Assembly: GCA_963737265.1 (NCBI GenBank)
Contig: CAVTRY010000007.1
Span: forward strand, 96,001-160,000
Length of the DNA: 64,000 bases
Direction: 5' to 3'
From: an uncultured delta proteobacterium
Lineage (GTDB): Bacteria; Myxococcota_A; Polyangia; Fen-1088
This document shows, in pieces, positions 57,448 through 64,000 of this stretch (the stretch's first letter is position 1; the number at the start of each line of letters is the position of its first letter). The translations under genes and the position numbers were made by a program. The notes below the pieces were generated by a model. The model searched no databases, was not told where the DNA came from, and saw nothing but the letters and a program-made list of their open reading frames with translations.

Positions 57448-59268
57448 GTGGATAGTTCCAACGTGTCAGAGAACAACATAAAACAGGCGGCCGTTCAGGG
57501 AACGTTGAAGGAGCGGCCACTGCCTCGGCTGCTGCAGCAGCTCTACCGGAAGAAGTTCACCGGCCATTTCGTCGTCGTGGACCGGACGCGCGACGAGAGC
57601 GAGGTCTACCTGCGCGAGGGCGCGCCGGTGCATGTGCATCGCCCGGTGGACACCGATCGTCTCGACAATCTGCTGGTGGAATTCGGCGTGGTATCGGCCG
57701 AGGTGGTGGCCGAGGCCAGCATCCAAGTGAGCGAGAGCCAGCGCTTGGGAGACGTGTTGGAACGTAGGGGCGCGCTCGACCGGCAGAAGCTCGCCAACGT
57801 CCTCAAGATGCAGGTGATGCGCAAGCTGACCCGATTGTTCTTCGTCGCCGAGGGGAGCTACGCCGTATTCGTGGTTCCTCACGCCTATGGCGAAGGGGAC
57901 GATTTTGCGCTGATGCGGGTCGATCCACGCAGCGTGATCTTTCCTGGCATTCGCGCCGCGTACGATCTGCCGCGGGTCACGCAGGAACTGGCGCGTCTCG
58001 TGGGTCAACGCTTTCGGTTGGCTGACATTTCCCCCGGCTTTGTCGCGGCCATGGGCATTCCCGCGGACGATCGGATCGTCGAAGCCCTGCGCCAGGGCTG
58101 GATGACCCTCGACGACTTGGATTCCATCACCGCGCGGCCGCTCGAGATTCGTTCGGTCGTGCTGGCGCTGTATTACACCGACTCGCTCGCCCGCGAACCG
58201 ATCGGCCAGGCCGATGCTGATTCCGCCGTTCCGTCGGCCGTGCTCCCGCCCTCTTCTTTCGACCCCGGCCAGCCGTTCCGACTTCCCGGTGATTCCGGAC
58301 CAACCCCGCAGGCCGCGAAAGATGCGTCCCCAAACGTTCCTCCTCGACCGACGCGGAAATCGCCGCCTTTCTCTGCGGGCCCAGGCGTTCCCATCGTGCA
58401 TGCTCTCTTTGCCAGTGGTGCGCGGCCGGCGATGGCGTCCGCGTCGGCGCCACCACCCAAAGCGACAGGCGCTGCGCCAGCCGGCCAGATCCATGCACCC
58501 GATTCCGCCCTACGCGCGAGCATTCAGGACATGGCGCAGAGGCTTGGCCGGCTCAACCATTTTGAGCTTCTCGGCGTATCGCCTAGCGCGAGCGCCGGCG
58601 AGATCAGCACGGCCTTCGTTAGAGCCGCGCGCCAGTTTCACCCGGATCGGTTGGCCGGCGCGGGACTGCGGGACCTCTATCCGCTGGCCGAAAAGATCCT
58701 GGCGCGCATCAATGAAGCCGCCATGGTGCTGGGCGATGCTACTCGGCGGGCGGAGTATGTCGCCCTGCTATCCGCTGGCCCGCAGGCCGCGCGGACCAAC
58801 TTGCCGACGGTGATGGAAGCGGAAAACACGTTTTTGAAAGGCGAGGTCTTTCTCAAGAAGGGTGACCATGCCAAGGCCATCGAGTGTTTCGCCGCCGCCG
58901 CCCAGGGCAATGCGAGCGAGCCACAGTATCGCGCCTATCTGGCCTGGGCGCGTTTCGACGATCCGCGGGCGCGCAAGGATCTCGTCGCACGCGAGACGCT
59001 GAGTGTTTTGGAAGGCGTGCTGCGCGAGCGGCCGAACTTCGCGCGCGGCCACTATTGGGTCGGGCAGCTTTGGAAGTTCCTTAACGAAAGCGACAGGGCC
59101 GCGCACGCTTTCCGCCAAACTGTGGATCTCGACAGCTCGTTCATCGATGCCAGTCGCGAATTGCGCCTCCTCGAAATGCGCAAGAGCAAACCGGTACTGG
59201 CCAGACCCGGAGCAAAGCCCGAGCCGCCGCGCGGAGGCGGGCTCATGGGCAAGTTCTTCAAGAAGTAA
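57448..59268 (+). CDS. DUF4388-like + DnaJ + TPR protein
   Basis: GTLKERPLPRLLQQL...FTG; HFELLGV...FHPDR J-domain; C-terminal TPRs. Confidence 0.85.
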   Translation: MDSSNVSENNIKQAAVQGTLKERPLPRLLQQLYRKKFTGHFVVVDRTRDESEVYLREGAPVHVHRPVDTDRLDNLLVEFGVVSAEVVAEASIQVSESQRLGDVLERRGALDRQKLANVLKMQVMRKLTRLFFVAEGSYAVFVVPHAYGEGDDFALMRVDPRSVIFPGIRAAYDLPRVTQELARLVGQRFRLADISPGFVAAMGIPADDRIVEALRQGWMTLDDLDSITARPLEIRSVVLALYYTDSLAREPIGQADADSAVPSAVLPPSSFDPGQPFRLPGDSGPTPQAAKDASPNVPPRPTRKSPPFSAGPGVPIVHALFASGARPAMASASAPPPKATGAAPAGQIHAPDSALRASIQDMAQRLGRLNHFELLGVSPSASAGEISTAFVRAARQFHPDRLAGAGLRDLYPLAEKILARINEAAMVLGDATRRAEYVALLSAGPQAARTNLPTVMEAENTFLKGEVFLKKGDHAKAIECFAAAAQGNASEPQYRAYLAWARFDDPRARKDLVARETLSVLEGVLRERPNFARGHYWVGQLWKFLNESDRAAHAFRQTVDLDSSFIDASRELRLLEMRKSKPVLARPGAKPEPPRGGGLMGKFFKK

Positions 59269-59284
59269 CGGCTGTCCGCACGCT

Positions 59285-59632
59285 CTACGTTTCGCTGTCG
59301 CCGCTGTCGCTGGCGTCGTCCGGCTCCACCGCTTCCAGGGCCTCGCCCATCTTGACGTACCAACGCTCGAAGACTTCGGTGATCTGGCGCGCCTGCTTTT
59401 CGCTCGACACATTGAACGACGATTGCTTGCGGTAGGCGCCCTTGAATTTCTTGAAGCGCACGATGGCGATTTTGGGCGCCCGGAACGTGCCCGCGGTCTT
59501 GTCCAGCTCTTGGTACAGAAACATCAGCGTCGCCCACGAACCCTTGGTCAGCACGACCTTGTCGAGCTGTTTGCGCACCAGTGTGCCTTCGTCTTCGTAG
59601 TCGTACGTCAATTCGTCGAGTGTCTCTGCCAT
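59285..59632 (-). CDS. Conserved hypothetical protein
   Basis: AGGAG SD; LVRKQLDKVVLTKGSWATLMFLYQE...PKIAIVRFKK..G.YRKQSSFNVSS. Confidence 0.8.
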   Translation of the reverse strand: MAETLDELTYDYEDEGTLVRKQLDKVVLTKGSWATLMFLYQELDKTAGTFRAPKIAIVRFKKFKGAYRKQSSFNVSSEKQARQITEVFERWYVKMGEALEAVEPDDASDSGDSET

Positions 59633-59666
59633 GTCGGACTCCTAGGTGGATGCAATAGGTGGGATG

Positions 59667-60104
59667 CTACTTGTCGGATTCGTTGTCAGTTCCAGTCTTG
59701 GTCAGCGCGCGCAGACTTTCCGCGAGCGCGCGCCGGTCGTGGACCGACAAGCGGGCGAATTCGATTCCCATGCCAGCCGTGGCTTTCTTTCCGATGCCTC
59801 GGGTGACCCAGGCCACCCGTCCGTGTGCGACCGTGACCTTGCCGTCGCCGACCGGGATCTCGAGGGTCAGATCCTCGCCGACCTCGAACAGCAAGTCCGA
59901 ACGCAGAAAGAGGCCGCCTTCGGACAGATCGGTCGTGTCCAAGCGCACACCGGCCTGGATCTTGTTTCCCGCAGCGCGCACGACCACGGGGATCAGCGCA
60001 TTCTTGCGATCGAATTTCCTCACTTCGCGAACGTTGCGCGCTTTGCGGACGTTGCCGTTGCCCGCACCGCGGCCCGCGCTGCTCGGGCGCGAGGGAGCGG
60101 TCAC
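59667..60104 (-). CDS. PilZ-domain protein
   Basis: GTG overlaps upstream stop; RKFDR (RxxxR), DLSEGG (DxSxxG), GRVAW, GMGIEF. Confidence 0.9.
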   Translation of the reverse strand: MTAPSRPSSAGRGAGNGNVRKARNVREVRKFDRKNALIPVVVRAAGNKIQAGVRLDTTDLSEGGLFLRSDLLFEVGEDLTLEIPVGDGKVTVAHGRVAWVTRGIGKKATAGMGIEFARLSVHDRRALAESLRALTKTGTDNESDK

Positions 60105-61006
60105 GGACGAAGTTCCAGCACCGCCGACGAGCGGACCTCGAACGAGACGCGGGTGGTCTCGCCGCCAACTTGTGCCAGCCGGTTTTCGCGCCACACAGCT
60201 TCGAAGGAAACCGGAACGGAGCCAGCATTGGCCACGAGCTTGGCGAGAAGATCGTGCGGAACAACGACCCAGCCGCCCGAGGATACGGCGCAGGCAAGCG
60301 CCGAAGGCGCGCCGAAGGGCCGAATTTCGAGAAAGGTCTTGGGCGGCCCGGACACGCGCAGGACGAGGTCGCCCTTCGTTTCGATCGGGGCTCGACCGCC
60401 GAGCGGCGTCTCGCTGCTGTCGGAGACCGACGGCGCGCGCGACAATGTGAGCCTGAGCGTCGCGTGACCGCCGGTGCTGCCGGGAACCAGCAGGGTGAGG
60501 GTTTGAGGAACTTGGCTCAAGTCAAGCGGTCCGGCTTCGGCGATGACCCCGCTAACCACGTCGGCGAGCGGAGGATAAACCCGCGGTGCGGGGCGTAGCG
60601 CTTGCTCGGCTTCAACCACTAGCGACACGCCGCCGAGCTCTTGCAGGTTCAGCATCCCGCCCTGCGCGCGCACCATGCGCGCCGTTCCTGCGACGTCGCG
60701 CAGCTCGCAGGCGGTTTCCGGCGAGGGCGCAACCAAGGGATCCACGGCGCCCAAAATATCGGTCAAAGCCATGTCGATGGCTTCGGCGCGGAACGCCAGC
60801 ACCGAGACTGAAGGCGCGCCGTCGGTCGGCAGATCCAGCCTGACGGAAACCTGTGACAGCCGCTGGCTGGTTACCGCCGAGGCATCCTTGGTGTGGACGC
60901 CCGAATCACAGCCAAAGCCCAAGGTCGCGCTGGCGAGAAATGCAACGAGCACGCGCCGCCTCGCGGGCGGGTCAGGCAAATTTCGGTGGCTTGCGGGGAC
61001 GAGCAT
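60101..61006 (-). CDS. Hypothetical lipoprotein
   Basis: Lipobox-like LGFGC after hydrophobic stretch; beta-rich body. Confidence 0.7.
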   Translation of the reverse strand: MLVPASHRNLPDPPARRRVLVAFLASATLGFGCDSGVHTKDASAVTSQRLSQVSVRLDLPTDGAPSVSVLAFRAEAIDMALTDILGAVDPLVAPSPETACELRDVAGTARMVRAQGGMLNLQELGGVSLVVEAEQALRPAPRVYPPLADVVSGVIAEAGPLDLSQVPQTLTLLVPGSTGGHATLRLTLSRAPSVSDSSETPLGGRAPIETKGDLVLRVSGPPKTFLEIRPFGAPSALACAVSSGGWVVVPHDLLAKLVANAGSVPVSFEAVWRENRLAQVGGETTRVSFEVRSSAVLELRP

Positions 61007-61164
61007 CAGGAAGTCCGACAGGTTGCCATTATAGTCAGAATCGCTGCGTCACGCCAGGGGTAGGCACGGGAAGATACCGGGAAGATAGCGGGAGCTCCGC
61101 GGCTGGAGCAAGCCGAGAGCAAGGCGAGGGAAAGTGGGGAGAATGATGGTAGAAAGGAGCAGCA

Positions 61165-61470
61165 ATGCCACGGATCAGTCCCCAAGAGGTGCGCGAGATC
61201 GCGGGTTTGGCTCGCGTTCGCTTCGATGACGCCGAAATCGAGCGCATGACCCATGAGCTCGACGGCATTCTGGGTTACATCGAAACCGTCAAGAACCTGG
61301 ACACGACCGACATCTTGCCCATGACTCATGCGGTACCGTTCGACTGCCCGATGCGGCCGGACGAAGTCGGACAGTCGCTCACGGTGGGCGAAGCCCTGCT
61401 AAATGCGCCTCGCCGCCGCGACGGCTTCTTCGAAGTCCCGCGCATCGTTCCTGGCACGGGAGGCGCGTAG
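61165..61470 (+). CDS. gatC: Asp/Glu-tRNA amidotransferase subunit C
   Basis: [11 protein letters not shown]...ALLNAP...FFEVPRIV. Confidence 0.96.
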   Translation: MPRISPQEVREIAGLARVRFDDAEIERMTHELDGILGYIETVKNLDTTDILPMTHAVPFDCPMRPDEVGQSLTVGEALLNAPRRRDGFFEVPRIVPGTGGA

Positions 61471-61472
61471 CC

Positions 61473-62950
61473 GTGGCCGGCGCCACGATCGATGTTCGGG
61501 GCCAGTCCATTTGCGCGCTCGCCGCAGGCGTCGCCGCGAAGACTTGGAAATCACGCGATCTGGTCGAGGCCTACTTGGATCGCGTCGCCCGGCTTGACAG
61601 GAAACTCGGTTGCTTCTTGCTGGTCGACGGCGAGGGGGCGCGCCGCAAGGCGGACGACGTCGATCGGCGAATCGCGGCGGGCCAAGCGGTGGGGCCGCTT
61701 GGTGGCGTGCCCATCGGGCTCAAGGACATCTTCGTCACGCGCGGGATTGAAACCACCGCGGGCTCGAAGATCCTCAAGGGCTTCATCCCGCCCTACGAAT
61801 CCACGGCCTCGGCGCGTTTGGCCGCGGCTGGCGCCGTCAGCCTCGGCAAGCTCAACATGGACGAATTCGCCATGGGCTCGTCGAACGAGAACAGCGCGTA
61901 CCACCCCGTGCACAACCCTTGGGATCTGGAACGAGTGCCAGGCGGCTCGTCGGGCGGCTCGGCCGCGGCGGTGGCGTCGTCGCTGTGCGCGGGCACACTT
62001 GGCACCGACACCGGCGGATCGATTCGCCAGCCGGCATCTCTTTGTGGCATCGTCGGCGTAAAACCGACCTACGGTCGCGTCTCCCGCTACGGTGTCATTG
62101 CCTTCGCTTCGTCGCTCGATCACCCCGGGCCGTTCGGCCGCACGGTCGAGGACGCCGCGGCGTTGCTGGAAGTCATCGCGGGCCACGACCCCTTCGACGC
62201 CACATCGATTCCGCAGCCTGCTGGCCGCTACCGCGAGGCGAGCAAAGCCGGCCTCGTGGGCATGCGGGTGGGCGTGCCCAAGGAATATTTTCAGGCCGGC
62301 ATGGATCCCGAGGTCGAAGCCGCCGTGCGCGCCGCGCTCGACGAGCTTGCCCGCGCGGGCGCCAAGCTGGTGCCGGTGTCGCTGCCGCACACGCAGTATG
62401 CCATCGCGACCTACTATTTGATCTGCACCGCCGAGGCGTCGTCGAACCTGGCGCGCTATGATGGCGTTCGCTACGGCCACCGCACGGCCGAGGCGGCGTC
62501 GCTGGAGGAGCTCTACGCCAAGACGCGCGGCGAGGCTTTCGGCACCGAACCCAAGCGTCGCATTGTCCTCGGCACCTATGTCTTGCGCGCCGGCTACTAC
62601 GAGGCCTATTACGGCAAAGCCCTGCGCGTGCGGCGCCTGATTGCGAACGACTTCACCGCGGCTTTCGCCGAGTGTGATGTGATGGTGACGCCGACGTCGC
62701 CCACGCCGGCCTTCAAGCTCGGCGAGCGCGCGGCCGATCCGCTGCAAATGTATTTGGCCGACATCTACACCGTGGCGCCGCCGCTGGCCGGCGTTCCGGC
62801 GCTGTCGCAGTGCTGTGGTTTCACGCGCGCGGGCTTGCCGATTGGCTTGCAGACCATCGGTCCGCCGCTCGGAGAAGAAGCCATGTTCCGCCTCGCCGGC
62901 GCGTACGAAGCGCGCACCGACTGGCACCAGCGTTTGCCCCAGGATCCGGC

Positions 62951-62954
<4 letters not shown>
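61473..62954 (+). CDS. gatA: Asp/Glu-tRNA amidotransferase subunit A
   Basis: [43 protein letters not shown]. Confidence 0.98.

Positions 62955-64000
<1,046 letters not shown>

Overview
GC-rich bacterial chromosomal segment, most likely Myxococcota (inferred from the Glt gliding-motility genes and several myxobacteria-type proteins). 1-13 kb holds a gliding-motility cluster (gltI-like giant TPR, a TPR lipoprotein, gltG-F-E-D-C and a divergent cglC/gltK-like lipoprotein) with no recognisable outer-membrane barrel genes (gltA/B/H). Core genes follow: yraN, rpsP-khpA-rimM-trmD-rplS, nadA, coaX, dapF, pgk-tpiA-secG, aspS, murC-ftsQ-ftsA-ftsZ-smpB and gatCAB. Accessory loci include a UshA-like/tetraheme cytochrome fusion, a membrane-anchored Fam20/four-jointed-like kinase, a REC-GAF-HD-GYP regulator, a sigma54-driven 64-aa protein, a PadR-LolD-LolE-LolE-LolA-like-barrel operon and tRNA-fMet. 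After the tRNA lies a decaying redox patch (amrB/amrS, frameshifted RoxA-like multiheme lipoprotein, frameshifted Rid protein, Rrf2, rhodanese remnant). Two copies of a small MITE-like element (TIR AGACGTGTCYAT, 3-bp TGA/TCA duplication) are visible, one of which disrupts a lactonase gene. All calls come from reading motifs by eye; no database search was run.
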